From: an uncultured Chloroflexia bacterium
GTDB lineage: Bacteria > Chloroflexota > Dehalococcoidia > DSTF01 > JALHUB01
Length of the DNA stretch: 64,000 nt
Direction of reading: 5' to 3'
NCBI GenBank assembly: GCA_963726245.1
Contig: CAVSBT010000015.1
Location: 224,001-288,000, forward strand
Positions within the stretch are counted from its first letter, which is position 1; every line of letters begins with the position of its first letter. Shown here piece after piece: positions 10,285 to 20,819 of this stretch. A program made the translations under genes and the position numbers. The notes beneath the pieces were generated by a model. The model did not search any database and was not told the DNA's origin. It saw only the letters and a program-made list of their open reading frames with translations.

Positions 10285-10509
10285 CCTGGATGCACCGCAT
10301 TATTGTTCCGTTTGCTGACGATGTCAACAAGAAGTAGAGCGCGCGAGCTTCAGGCTGGTGCAAGCCGAGAACGTTAGCAGCTTGAGTTGAATAAAGACGG
10401 GCTGCAGAGCTAGGGCCCGGGCAAGGCGTTCAGCGCAACCTCTGCCGCCAGCCCCGCCTGAATCATGCGTTGACGCCGGCCGGTGGGGCATCCGTGAATA
10501 GGGCTCAGC

Positions 10510-11907
10510 TCAGGTAGACTTCGGCTTCCTCGGTGGCCGACCGGCGGCCTTCGCCGCAACAGGGGTAGTACTGCCCGCCGCATAGGCCTCGTCCAGCACC
10601 TCAACCACGTGAGCGACGGTGCCTGGCACACCGTGCTGGCGTAGTCCGGCCTCGAGCTGGAGCATGCAGCCGGGGTTGGCGGTGGCCACCGTCGACGCCT
10701 CCGTGGCAGCCACGGCCCGCATCTTCTCGGCCAGGAGCCTCGATGACATCTCGCGCTGGGTGACGTTGTAGATGCCAGCGCTCCCGCAGCAGCGGTCGGC
10801 GTTCTCCATCTCGACGAGCTCCAGCCCTGGTATGGCTGCCAGAAGCTGGCGCGGCGCGGCCGTGATCCCCTGGGCGTGGGCCAGGTGACAGGAGTCCTGG
10901 TAGGTGACGCGGCGCTCCAGGCGGCCCAGCCCCTCCTGGAAGGGGAGCTCCACCAGGAACTCGGTGATGTCCTTCACAATCGACGAGAAGCGGGCCGCCT
11001 TCTCGGCGTATTCGGGGTCGCCGGCGAGCAGCTCGCCGTACTCCTTGAGGGTGGACCCACAGCCGGCCGCGTTGATGATGACGGCCTCCACGCCTGCGGC
11101 GAGGAAGACATCGATGTTGCGACGGGCCAGCCGGCGGGCAGTGCGGCGGTCGCCGCCGTGGACGAAGAGGGCGCCGCAGCAGACCTGCTCCTCGGGCACC
11201 ACCACCCGGCAACCGTGGCGCTCCAGGACGCGCACCGTGGCCTCGTGCGTCTGAGGGTAGATGAACGGCATCACGCAGCCCGTAAGCAGGGCGACGCGGC
11301 GGGCGCCGCCGTCGGCGCCGGGGTTCGAGGCGGCGCTGGCCGGCGTGAAGAATCGGCCGGCCACCGGCGGCAGGAGCTGCTCGAGGCGGTGCAGATGGAA
11401 GGGCAGGAGCCACAGAAGGTGGGTGCGGCGCATCAGGCTCTGGAGGCCGCTCCGCTGGTAGAAACGCAGCAGAACGGCGAGCAGGCGCAGCCGTCGCGGA
11501 TGGGGGAGCGTCCAGCGCAGCGCGACGGAGCGCAGCCGCCAGCTCAGGGGGCTCCGGCCGGCCGCCACCACCTGCGCGCGACCCCCTTCCATGATGCGCC
11601 CGAATCGCACCCCCGACGGGCAGGCCGTCTCGCAGGCCCGGCACTGGAGGCAGAGGTCCAGGTGCTCCAGGGCCGCGCGCCCCGTCTTGATGCGACCCTG
11701 GCTTAGAGCATCGATCAGGTGGATGCGCCCGCGGGGCGATTCGGTCTCCAGCCCCAGCGCGACGTAGGTCGGGCAGTGGTTCAGGCAGTAGCCGCAGTGG
11801 ATGCAGCGGCTGATGTCCTCCGCCCGTGGCCCTTCCTGCCCGGCAGGCAGGCCTTCTATGCCGGCGGGGACGGCGGTGCGTGTACTCGTGACAGTGGTAT
11901 CCGCCAC
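10510..11907 (-). CDS. glcF: Glycolate/lactate oxidase iron-sulfur subunit
   Basis: CIHCGYCLNHCP and CLQCRACETACP ferredoxin motifs; two CCG domains. Confidence 0.88.
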   Translation of the reverse strand: MADTTVTSTRTAVPAGIEGLPAGQEGPRAEDISRCIHCGYCLNHCPTYVALGLETESPRGRIHLIDALSQGRIKTGRAALEHLDLCLQCRACETACPSGVRFGRIMEGGRAQVVAAGRSPLSWRLRSVALRWTLPHPRRLRLLAVLLRFYQRSGLQSLMRRTHLLWLLPFHLHRLEQLLPPVAGRFFTPASAASNPGADGGARRVALLTGCVMPFIYPQTHEATVRVLERHGCRVVVPEEQVCCGALFVHGGDRRTARRLARRNIDVFLAAGVEAVIINAAGCGSTLKEYGELLAGDPEYAEKAARFSSIVKDITEFLVELPFQEGLGRLERRVTYQDSCHLAHAQGITAAPRQLLAAIPGLELVEMENADRCCGSAGIYNVTQREMSSRLLAEKMRAVAATEASTVATANPGCMLQLEAGLRQHGVPGTVAHVVEVLDEAYAAGSTTPVAAKAAGRPPRKPKST

Positions 11908-11911
11908 TGGC

Positions 11912-13258
11912 CTACAGCCTCCCCAGGAAGCGGCCGGGGTTCAGGGTGCCGTGCGGGTCGAACTGCTCCTTCAGGCGACGCATGAGGGCGAAGTCGGCGC
12001 GTGGGCGGCCCCAGACGTCGACGTGGCGCTTGAGCTCGACCCCGCAGCCCTCGACAACGGCAGCGCCGCCCAGGGTCGCCGCCGACTCGCTGAGGGCGGT
12101 GAGCAGGCCCCGGCCGCGCTCTCCGCCCAGGCCCGGCCCCTGCCAGCGGGTGAAGACGCAGCCCGCGCCCACGTGGGCGGCCAGGGCGGGCGCCAGGCCC
12201 GTCTTCGCCGCCAGGGCGGCCGTGCGCTCGATCCAGGGCAGCATCCGCCGCGGCGACAGGAGAGCCTTCACCAGGAGAACGTTGTCCTCCAGGGCGGGGC
12301 GAGCGAGGGCTCGCAGCGCCTCCCACACCTCGGCGGCGCCGCCGGGCCGCATGGCTCCGGCGGCGAGACCGTGGTCGCCGGCGAGGCTGTCAAGGTCCCG
12401 CAGCGAGCGCTCCACCGCCGCCCGCGTGCCGGCGGCTTGGGCCAGCACGGCGTAGCCCCGGCTGTCCAGCGCCGCCGCGGCCAGGGGGCCGTCGGGACCC
12501 AGCGGGCCGGCCACAGTCAAGGCTCCCAGACGCAGCCCGCGAGTGTCAGCATCCAGGGCCAGGCGGACCGCTTCCGCGGAAGATGGGCAGACCACAGCCC
12601 AGGTCTCCTCCAGCGCGGGCAGCGGCGTTACCTTGAGAGAGGCCTCCACGATGACCCCCAGGGTGCCCAGCGACCCCAGGTAGAGCTTGGTCATGTCGTA
12701 GCCAGCGACGTTCTTCACCACGCGGCCGCCGGCTTTGGTGGCCCGACCGTCGGCGTGGACGACGCGGACGCCCAGCACCCAGTCGCGCGTGGGACCGTAG
12801 GCGTGGCGCCGGGGGCCGAAGACGCCGGTGGCGAGCGCGCCGCCGAGCGTGGCCTCATCGGGCGCGTCCAGCGGCAGTAACTGGCCGTGACGCTTAAGCT
12901 CGCGGGCGAGCGCGGCCATGGTGATGCCGGCCTGCGCCGTGAAGGTGAGGTCGGCCGGCTCGTACTCCAGGATGCGGTCCAGCCGGCGCGTGACCAGGGC
13001 AAGGTCGTAGGCGCGGGGCAGGTTGCCCACCGCCATGGCGGTGCCACCGCCCCAGGGCACCACCACCGCCCGCTGCCCGCAGGCCGCCGCCAGAACCGCC
13101 GACACCTCGTCGACGCTTTGGGGCAGGACGGCGGCGACGGGACGCAAGCCATCTACCTCGTATCCCCCGGCGTCTTCGCCCGTCAGAACCTGCTCTTTGG
13201 GAAGGGTGGAGGTCAGGGAATCGAGGAGGGCGGCGGTCCCTATAGGAGACATGGTCAC
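11912..13258 (-). CDS. glcE: Glycolate oxidase FAD-binding subunit
   Basis: GGRVVKNVAGYDMTKLYLGSLGTLG; C-terminal FDPHGTLNPGR. Confidence 0.88.
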   Translation of the reverse strand: MTMSPIGTAALLDSLTSTLPKEQVLTGEDAGGYEVDGLRPVAAVLPQSVDEVSAVLAAACGQRAVVVPWGGGTAMAVGNLPRAYDLALVTRRLDRILEYEPADLTFTAQAGITMAALARELKRHGQLLPLDAPDEATLGGALATGVFGPRRHAYGPTRDWVLGVRVVHADGRATKAGGRVVKNVAGYDMTKLYLGSLGTLGVIVEASLKVTPLPALEETWAVVCPSSAEAVRLALDADTRGLRLGALTVAGPLGPDGPLAAAALDSRGYAVLAQAAGTRAAVERSLRDLDSLAGDHGLAAGAMRPGGAAEVWEALRALARPALEDNVLLVKALLSPRRMLPWIERTAALAAKTGLAPALAAHVGAGCVFTRWQGPGLGGERGRGLLTALSESAATLGGAAVVEGCGVELKRHVDVWGRPRADFALMRRLKEQFDPHGTLNPGRFLGRL

Positions 13259-14737
13259 ACGGAGGCGTCGGGGCCCATGCTGCGCATGACCTGCTCTTGG
13301 CTCACGCCGCCGGGGCCCTCGGCCGCGGGGAATATCTTGCCCGGATTGAGGAGCTCGTCGGCGCCAAAGACGGCCTTCAGTCGCTGCATGGCCCCCAGGT
13401 CATCGTCCGAGAAGAGCCAGGGCATGTACCGGCGCTTCTCCAGCCCAACACCGTGCTCGCCGGTGATCGTGCCGCCGACGTCCACACAGATGCGCGTGAT
13501 CTCGCTGGCCGCCTCCAGCACGCGCTGGATCTCCCCTGGCTGGCGGGCGTCGAAGAGGATATTGGGGTGCAGATTGCCGTCGCCTGCGTGGAAGACGTTG
13601 GCGATGTGGAAGTCGTACTTCTGGCCGACTGTCGCGACGCGTCGGAGCACCTCGGGCAGGCGCGTGCGCGGCACGGTGCCGTCCACGACGTGCCAGTTGG
13701 GCGTCAGACGCCCCAGGGCGCTGATAGCCCCCTTTCGACCGGCCCAGAGTCGCTCGCGCTCGGCGCTGTCCTCGGCCACGCGCACCTCGCGGGCGCCTTG
13801 AGCCTGGCATACCCGCTTCACCGCCTCGCCCTCTTCGGCCACCGCCTCACGCAGGCCCTCCAGCTCGATGAGGAGGACGGCTTCGGCGTCCATCGGGTAG
13901 CCGACGTGGAGGGCGGGCTCTACAGCCTGGATGATCTCCCGGTCGATCATCTCCAGGGCGGCGGGCACGAAGCCCTGGCCGATGATGGCGGAGACGGCGT
14001 TGCTGGCCTGGTCCATCTCGTCGAAGATGGCGAGGAGGGTGAAAACGGCCTCCGGCAGGCGGAGCAGGCGCACCAGGGCCTTGGTGACGATTGCGAGGGT
14101 GCCCTCGGAGCCGATGACGGCGCCTGTGAGGTCATATCCCGGCAGGTCGCGGATGCGCCCTCCCACCCAGACAATCTCGCCGTCGGCCAGCACGAGCTCC
14201 AGGCCGAGGACGTGGTTGGTGGTGACGCCGTAGGCCAGGCAGTGGGGCCCGCCGGCGTTCTCGGCCACGTTGCCGCCCACCGTGCAGGCCCGCTGACTGC
14301 TCGGGTCGGGCGCGAAGTAGAGGCCGTAGTGCTGCACCGCCCGGCTCAGCTCGAGGTTGACGACTCCCGCCTCGACCAGGGCTGTGCCCTCCTGGTGGTC
14401 CACCTCCAGGATGCGCTTCATGCGCGTTAGCACCAGCACGACACCGCCCATCTCGGCGATGGCGCCGCCGCTCAGGCCCGTGCCCGGCTCCTCGGGGGGT
14501 TACCGGCAGACCGTGGCGACGCGCCAGCTTGACCACCTCCGACACCTGCTCCGCCGTCTCGGGGAGCACCACAACCTGAGGCAGAGAGCGGTCGACGGCG
14601 GCGTCGTACTCGAAGATGAGGAGGTCGGCGGGGTCGTGGAGGACGTACTCGCGGCCCACGATGGCTGTGAGCTCACGCAGGATATGCTTGTCGAAGGCTG
14701 CTGCCACTCTCGTGCGGTTCGCTACGCGCTCCGACAT
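13255..14737 (-). CDS. glcD: Glycolate oxidase subunit, FAD-linked oxidase (indel near 14485)
   Basis: PRGAGTGLSGG split by an indel; PDPSSQRACTVGGNVAENAGG, HAGDGNLHP, TGEHGVG. Confidence 0.88.
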
Positions 14738-14754
14738 CTGCCGTTTGACCACCT

Positions 14755-15042
14755 CTAGGGTGCTTCCAGGGGGATCTCCAATCCGCAGTGGGGGCAGAAA
14801 CGGCCCCCGGAAGGGGGCAGTGGATTGCCGCAGCGCGGGCAGCTCGTCGCCAGCCTCTCGCCGCAGTGGGCGCAGTACTGCCAGTCCTGGGGCACCTCCG
14901 ACTGGCAGGCCTGGCACTCGCGGACGAACTGCTGGAACACCTCCAGGGCGTGTTGGTAGCGGGCCTCGTCGCGCGCGGCGGGCCGCCTCGCCGTTCGCCG
15001 CTTGGGGGAGGGCGCCCGAGCCCGCCTCGATGGCTGCGTCAT
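14755..15042 (-). CDS. Double zinc ribbon protein
   Basis: Four CxxC pairs (CQAC, CAHC, CPRC, CPHC); AGGAGGAG RBS. Confidence 0.8.
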   Translation of the reverse strand: MTQPSRRARAPSPKRRTARRPAARDEARYQHALEVFQQFVRECQACQSEVPQDWQYCAHCGERLATSCPRCGNPLPPSGGRFCPHCGLEIPLEAP

Positions 15043-15093
15043 GGCTCCTCCTGACTCGCGCTCATGATATCACGTCGTGATAGAGAATTGGGG

Positions 15094-15120
15094 AAAAGGA
15101 AGACCGCCCTTATCGGGCGG
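15094..15120 (-). terminator. Intrinsic terminator after korB
   Basis: CCGCCC-gataa-GGGCGG followed by TCTTCCTTTT. Confidence 0.6.
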
Positions 15121-15141
15121 CCGCGATTTGGAGGACGGAGG

Positions 15142-16008
15142 CTAGGCGAAACGCTTCAGGTAGGCCTCCAGGTTGAACTCGCTCACCTCCTCCACGAACT
15201 CCCGCGAGCGCTGATCGAACGGCTCTCTGGACTCGTCGCGGTAGAAGAGGCCGAGGTGCACGCGCTCTTCGGTAAGGGCCAGGTGAAGCGCTGCCGCCAG
15301 GTCCGAGGTATCGTGCCCGGGCGGCATCTCGTCCACTGCCTCGTCGTAGTGGTTGTAGGTGTTGTGGAACTCGGTGCAGGGGCTCTGGACGTGGATGAAC
15401 GAGAAGCCGTGGTGCCGGATACCCTGCACAATGAGCTCAGACATCTCCTGTGGCCGGGCCGAGTAGCCGCGGCCGACGAAGGTGGCGCCGTAGGACAGCG
15501 CCAGCATCACGGGCTTGAATGGCCTGGCGATTGAGCCGAAGGGCGTCGACTTGGAGATGTGCCCTGTCGCCGACGTGGGCGAGGCCTGGGCCTTGGTGAG
15601 GCCGTAGGTCTGGTTGTCCATCATGATGACGGTGATGTCCACGTTGCGGGCCGCCGCGTGCGGCAGGTGTCCGGCGCCGATGCTCATGAGGTCGCCGTCG
15701 CCGCCCATTGCCAGCACCGTCAGCGCCGGGTTGGCCAGCTTGACGCCGGTGGCGATGGGCAGAGGCCGGCCGTGGACTCCGTGGATGCCGTAGGTGCGCA
15801 TGAAGTAGGGGGTGCGGCTGGAGCAGCCGATCCCCGACACCACGACAACCTCGTGCGGCTTCAGTTGAAGCGTGGTCAGGGCCTTGTAGGTGGCGCTGAG
15901 CACGCCGAAGTCGCCGCAGCCGGGGCACCACACCGGCTTGACACCGCTCTTGTAGTCTTTGACCTCCAGCAGGACGTCCTGCTCTTCGAGGGCTGTATCA
16001 ATGGTCAT
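15142..16008 (-). CDS. korB: 2-oxoacid:ferredoxin oxidoreductase beta subunit
   Basis: WCPGCGDF, SGIGCSSR, GGDGD TPP motif, NQTYGLTK. Confidence 0.92.
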   Translation of the reverse strand: MTIDTALEEQDVLLEVKDYKSGVKPVWCPGCGDFGVLSATYKALTTLQLKPHEVVVVSGIGCSSRTPYFMRTYGIHGVHGRPLPIATGVKLANPALTVLAMGGDGDLMSIGAGHLPHAAARNVDITVIMMDNQTYGLTKAQASPTSATGHISKSTPFGSIARPFKPVMLALSYGATFVGRGYSARPQEMSELIVQGIRHHGFSFIHVQSPCTEFHNTYNHYDEAVDEMPPGHDTSDLAAALHLALTEERVHLGLFYRDESREPFDQRSREFVEEVSEFNLEAYLKRFA

Positions 16009-17722
16009 GATTGAGAACCTCTTCGACCTTGCGGAAGATCTCCCCCGGCATGAAGGGGAGGCCGCCGTACTTGTTGAGGGGTATGGGCTTGAATCCGAAG
16101 GTGGCCGCCAGGTGATGGGCCATCTGCCCCTGGTAGTTCACCTCGGGCACGATGACGTGCTCCACCGAGTCGATGAAGGCCCCCAGTTCCTTTTCTGGCA
16201 GCGGATTAAGAACCCGCGGGTGCAAGGCAGCCACCTCGTAGCCGGCCGCCAGCGCCCGGTCGACGGCCTCGCGGATGGCGCCCTCTGTGGCGCCCCAGCC
16301 GATGATGCCGACCTTCGGGTTGTCGGAGCCGTAGCGGGGTACGGGCCCCAGCTCAGACTGGAGAGTCGTCAGCTTCCGGAAGCGCTTCTGGGTCATCAGC
16401 TCGTGGACAGCGGGCTCCTGGCTCGGGTGGCCCGACTCGCCGTGCTCCAGGCCCGGCGCCACGTAGGCGCCCTCGACATCCATCCCTGGCAGAGCCACGG
16501 GGGAGACGCCGCTCTCCGTTTCCCGGAAGCGCCAATAGGGCTCCGGGTCGCCCCCCTGAGGTCGCGCCCGGTCGACCACGGTGAGCGGACTTAGGTCGGG
16601 CATCTGGAGGGACTCAGTGCGATGGGACAGCGACTGGTCGGAGAGGAAGATGACCGGCATCTGGTACTGCTCCGCCATGTTGAAGGCATCCACGATCTCG
16701 AAGAGGCAGTCTTGGACCGAGCCCGGCGCTACGACGATGCGGGGGAAGTCGCCGTGGCCGGCGAACAGTGCATGGTACAGGTCGCCCTGCTCCAGCTTGG
16801 TCGGCATGCCCGTGCTGGGGCCGGCCCGCTGGGCATCCACGATGACGACGGGGATCTCGGCCATGGAGGCAAGACCCATCAGCTCCGTCATCAAAGAGAA
16901 GCCGGGCCCGGAGGTAGCGGTCATCGCCTTCGTGCCCGTGAACGATGCCCCCAGGCAAGAGGCCAGGGATGCCATCTCATCCTCGCCCTGAAGGAAGATC
17001 CCTCCAAGCTTGGGTAGCTCCCGGGCCATCGTCTCCAGGATCTCGGAGGCGGGTGTGATGGGGTAGCCGGCGTAAAAGCGACAGCCCGCGTGCAGCGCGC
17101 CGGCCACGATGGCATCGTTGCCGCTCATGACCAACCGGCTTACATTGTCGCTGGTCCCCAGGTAGTATCCGTCTTCCTTGCGGATCTGCCGCGTGTACTC
17201 GTAGCCGTATTGGAGGGCCTCCAGGTTCTTGGAAAGCAGCTCGGCGCGGCGCTTGAGGCGGCCGCGCACCAGGTCTTCCAGAGAGGCGGGGTCCAGGCCG
17301 AAGAGGCCTGCCATGATCCCCAGCGTCAGTACGTTCTTGCCCCGCTGGAAGTCCAGCTTCTCGCGGGCGATGCGCTGAAGGGGCACCGGGTACCTGATGC
17401 GGCCGTTGGTCTCGCCAACGTCAACACGGTCCGGGTCGTAGATGACCACTCCGTGCTCGTTGACGTCCCCGATGTGCCTTTGATAGGCCTCGTTGTCGAA
17501 GGCGATGAGGACATCGACGCCGTCCCCAATCGAGAGGACCGGCTTCTCGCTGACGCGGATCTGGTACCAGGCGTGTCCGCCCTTGATCTCGGCCGGGTAG
17601 GTGCGGAAGGTAAAGACGTGGAATCCGGTGCGGGCAGCGCCGCTGGTGAACATGTCGCCGGCGCTGATGACGCCTTCGCCACCCTCGCCGCCGATCCTGA
17701 TGATGATATCGTTCTTAGCCAT
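15998..17722 (-). CDS. korA: 2-oxoacid:ferredoxin oxidoreductase alpha subunit (gamma-alpha fusion)
   Basis: GGEGGEGV, AGYPITPASE, TATSGPGFSLM, QRAGPSTGMPTK. Confidence 0.92.
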   Translation of the reverse strand: MAKNDIIIRIGGEGGEGVISAGDMFTSGAARTGFHVFTFRTYPAEIKGGHAWYQIRVSEKPVLSIGDGVDVLIAFDNEAYQRHIGDVNEHGVVIYDPDRVDVGETNGRIRYPVPLQRIAREKLDFQRGKNVLTLGIMAGLFGLDPASLEDLVRGRLKRRAELLSKNLEALQYGYEYTRQIRKEDGYYLGTSDNVSRLVMSGNDAIVAGALHAGCRFYAGYPITPASEILETMARELPKLGGIFLQGEDEMASLASCLGASFTGTKAMTATSGPGFSLMTELMGLASMAEIPVVIVDAQRAGPSTGMPTKLEQGDLYHALFAGHGDFPRIVVAPGSVQDCLFEIVDAFNMAEQYQMPVIFLSDQSLSHRTESLQMPDLSPLTVVDRARPQGGDPEPYWRFRETESGVSPVALPGMDVEGAYVAPGLEHGESGHPSQEPAVHELMTQKRFRKLTTLQSELGPVPRYGSDNPKVGIIGWGATEGAIREAVDRALAAGYEVAALHPRVLNPLPEKELGAFIDSVEHVIVPEVNYQGQMAHHLAATFGFKPIPLNKYGGLPFMPGEIFRKVEEVLNHDH

Positions 17723-18000
17723 TCTAGGCTCTTCGCTCAGAAGTATCGGCGTCTCCGCCGGGAAGCTTTAGCAGCAACAAAGCTTCTTTATTCAATTCTA
17801 CCACCAAGGCCAAGTGATGGTAAGTGTGAAGCAGGCTCCACGCGGCCCCACAGAAGAAGGGCACACTTCAATTCTAGCACGTTCGGCGTCCGGTTCCCAC
17901 GTTGACGGCGGGTCTGGGACGGTATACTAGATAGTAGGCCGTCGAAAGAGGTATCGCAGAGCAAGGCAAGATACGGCGCTGGCAGGGAAGGAGACTCGAC

Positions 18001-18240
18001 ATGGCCATCAAAGCGTACGTTTTGGTCGTGGTTGACCCCGGACAGACGAAGAAGGTGTTCCAGGCCATCAAGTCCATCCCGGAAGTGGCGGAATGCCACG
18101 AGGTGATGGGCCCCTACGACATAGTCGTCGAGCTGAAGGTGGAGAGTCTTACAGAGGTTGCGCCCGTCTTAGGCCAGCGCCTGCGCACCATACCCGGCAT
18201 CGAGAGCACCACGTCCCTGGTGACGTTCCCCGAACCGTAG
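18001..18240 (+). CDS. Stand-alone Lrp/AsnC ligand-binding (RAM) domain protein
   Basis: 79 aa with VMGPYDIVV and GIESTTS, no HTH; AAGGAG RBS. Confidence 0.85.
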   Translation: MAIKAYVLVVVDPGQTKKVFQAIKSIPEVAECHEVMGPYDIVVELKVESLTEVAPVLGQRLRTIPGIESTTSLVTFPEP

Positions 18241-18242
18241 CA

Positions 18243-18312
18243 CCTTAGAACCTGGAACCTTGGAACCGCTCACCAAGACTGGTCCAAAGGTCCCAAGGTT
18301 CCACTGTTCCAC
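18243..18312. repeat. Short 7-8 nt tandem repeats arranged as an inverted cluster
   Basis: CTTAGAAC/CTGGAAC/CTTGGAAC, then GGTCCAAA/GGTCCCAA/GGTTCCAC/TGTTCCAC, between convergent stop codons. Confidence 0.55.
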
Positions 18313-19686
18313 CTAGACCAGGCCTTCGCGGCGCATGGCGGCGAGCGTCTCGTCGAAGGCGGCGAGCGTCGCCTCCACGTCTTGCTCGCTGTGCACGGCC
18401 GAGACCAGCCCGCCGTTGCGCATGAGGTCCACGCCGCAGTTGAGCATCCCTCGCTTCAGCGCTTCGAGCCGTTCACGGGACATGCCGGGCACGGTCGAAC
18501 CGGGGGCGCCTTGCCAGTGCCAGAGGAAGCCATCCTCGGGCGGCGGCACCTCCTGGCCCATGGTGATGTGCAACATCGAGGAGAACCCGTAGGCGCAGCC
18601 CGGCACGCCGGCCCGGCGCATGACCGCGTTCATCCCCTGGCAGAGACGTCGACAGAGGCCTGCGGCCTGCTCCTGGGCCCGGCCGTCGGCTATGAGGGAG
18701 AGGCAGGCGGCGCCGGCGGCCGCCGAGAGGGGGTTGGCGTTGAAGGTGCCTGGGTGTGAGATGCGCCGCTTCAAGTTCCAATCGTCTTCGCCGAAGCCCA
18801 GGAGGGAGAGGACCTCGCGCCGGCCGACGACAGCGCCGCCGGGAAGCCCGCCCGCCAGGACCTTCGCCAGGCATGTGATGTCCGGCAGGACGCCGAAAAG
18901 AGCCTGAGCGCCGCCGGGCGCCACCCGGAAGCCGGTAACCACCTCGTCGAAGATCAGGAGGGCGCCGGTGCTCTCGGTCACGCGGCGGGCTTCGGCCAGG
19001 AAGGCGGGCTCCAGGGGCACGGTGCCGTACGAGGCGCCCGTCGGCTCGATGATGACGGCGGCGATGTCGTCGTGCTCCTCGAGGGCATGGCGTAGTGCCT
19101 CGACGTCGTGCTGGGGCACGAGCACCTGGTTCTGGAGGGCCGACAGGGGAATGCCCACCGCCTCCGGCGTGGCCTCGCCGGCGAGGGTGAAGCCCACCAC
19201 GCTGTCGTTCCAGCCGTGGAAATGGCCCTGGAAACGAACCAGCTTCTGGCGGCCGGTGTAGGCGCGGGCCAGGCGCACGGCCATCATCGTCGCCTCGGTG
19301 CCCGAGCTGGTGAAGCGCACCAGCTGAGCCGACGGCACCAGGCGCTGCACCCACTCCGCCCAGCGTATCTCCATCTCATGGCAGGCGCCGTAGTGGGTGC
19401 CCTTGGCGAGCTGCTCGGCGACGGCGCGCGTGACATCCGGGTGGGCGTGGCCGAGGAGGAGGGCGCCGTGGCCCATCACGTAGTCGATGATCTCGTGGCC
19501 GTCCACGTCCCACTTGCGGGAGCCGGCGGCGCGCTCGACATAAATCGGGAAGGGGCCGAGGTGGCGGACGTCATGGGTGACGCCGTTGGGGAAGAAGCGC
19601 AGAGCCTCGGCGTGCAGGGCCGCCGACCGCGGGTGCAACTGCCGGTAGCGCTCGAGGATAGTGGTCACGTGTCCCTGCGCCTCCAT
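18313..19686 (-). CDS. Class III PLP aminotransferase (glutamate-1-semialdehyde aminomutase-like)
   Basis: FTSSGTEAT, LIFDEVVTGFR, LAKVLAGGLP, GTFNANP. Confidence 0.85.
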   Translation of the reverse strand: MEAQGHVTTILERYRQLHPRSAALHAEALRFFPNGVTHDVRHLGPFPIYVERAAGSRKWDVDGHEIIDYVMGHGALLLGHAHPDVTRAVAEQLAKGTHYGACHEMEIRWAEWVQRLVPSAQLVRFTSSGTEATMMAVRLARAYTGRQKLVRFQGHFHGWNDSVVGFTLAGEATPEAVGIPLSALQNQVLVPQHDVEALRHALEEHDDIAAVIIEPTGASYGTVPLEPAFLAEARRVTESTGALLIFDEVVTGFRVAPGGAQALFGVLPDITCLAKVLAGGLPGGAVVGRREVLSLLGFGEDDWNLKRRISHPGTFNANPLSAAAGAACLSLIADGRAQEQAAGLCRRLCQGMNAVMRRAGVPGCAYGFSSMLHITMGQEVPPPEDGFLWHWQGAPGSTVPGMSRERLEALKRGMLNCGVDLMRNGGLVSAVHSEQDVEATLAAFDETLAAMRREGLV

Positions 19687-19711
19687 CTTCGGGGCAGGCG
19701 AGGCGGCCCCG

Positions 19712-20764
19712 TCAGCTTTGGACCCGACGGGCGTAGAGCAGGGGAAGGTCCGCCATCGTGAGGAGCCCCGGCGGCGCTGCCACTACTACGGCCGGGATGG
19801 CGTTAGCCACGACGGCCGCCGTCGCCAGGTCTCCCTGGATGCCTCCCTCGATCACCATGTGCACCGGCGGCCGCCCCTCAATGAGGACTTCGTCGCGGGG
19901 CCGGGCCGCCCCCGCCGACATCTCCAGCTCCAGGCGCAGCGCCTCGCGACCGTTGCGGAGGCCGCTGACCACCTGGTGAATGCCGGCCACCTGGCCCCTC
20001 TCCAGGCGCAACTCGCCGGCCTGGCGCGGGTCGGTGCAGACCACCGGCTCTAGCACCTCCTGCCACTCCTCCATCGGCCAGGCCAGGGCGTGGGCTACAA
20101 GGCGGGCCGACTCCATGAGCCCCACGTGCCCGAAGCGGCCCGTGGCCTTGCGCCGCTCGAACTCGTCCGGGGTGATGCCCAGCCCTACCTTGCGCTGAAG
20201 CTGAATTCGGCGCGTGCTGACGTCAACCACGCGCCGGATCTCGAGGCGCGACAGCGACTGGCAGGCGGCGCTGACGGCCAGGGCCAGGGTGTCCATGACG
20301 AAGCCCGGGTTGACGCCCGTGCCCACCACCGTCACGCCGGTCGCTTTCGCCCGGGCGTCGATCTGGCTCGATAGGGCGGAGTGACGGTCCCACGGGTAGG
20401 ACAGCTCCTCGCAGGTGGAGAGCACATTCTTGCCCGCGTCCACGGCTGCCAGCAGTTGTGGTGCCACCTCCTCCAGATACGAGCCCGTCGTGTGGACGAC
20501 CACGTCCGCCGGCAGAGCGAGAGCGGCCTCGGCGTCGACGGTGACGGTTATCCCCAGGTCTCTCCCGAGGCCCGCCAGCCGGCCGAGGTCCTGGCCGGCC
20601 TTGTCCGGCGCGCGGTCGATGGCGGCCACGATCTGCACATCGGGATGGCCGGCCAGGGCGCGTGTCACCTCAGCGCCGATGGCGCCGATGCCGTACTGGA
20701 TGACGCGGTAGGTCGATGGCGGCAAAGCCTGTTCCTTCAGATTCCCGAGGCAAATATAGCACAA
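19712..20764 (-). CDS. NAD(P)H-dependent amine dehydrogenase (2,4-diaminopentanoate dehydrogenase / DapB-like)
   Basis: YGIGAIG Rossmann motif, STCEELSYP, GTGVNPGFVMD, GHVGLMES, GDLATAA. Start uncertain. Confidence 0.8.
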   Translation of the reverse strand: MCYICLGNLKEQALPPSTYRVIQYGIGAIGAEVTRALAGHPDVQIVAAIDRAPDKAGQDLGRLAGLGRDLGITVTVDAEAALALPADVVVHTTGSYLEEVAPQLLAAVDAGKNVLSTCEELSYPWDRHSALSSQIDARAKATGVTVVGTGVNPGFVMDTLALAVSAACQSLSRLEIRRVVDVSTRRIQLQRKVGLGITPDEFERRKATGRFGHVGLMESARLVAHALAWPMEEWQEVLEPVVCTDPRQAGELRLERGQVAGIHQVVSGLRNGREALRLELEMSAGAARPRDEVLIEGRPPVHMVIEGGIQGDLATAAVVANAIPAVVVAAPPGLLTMADLPLLYARRVQS

Positions 20765-20819
20765 GCAGCGGCGAGGGTGAGAGCCGGAGAGGCACGGTGT
20801 CGGCGGCGCGCGAGCGGTG

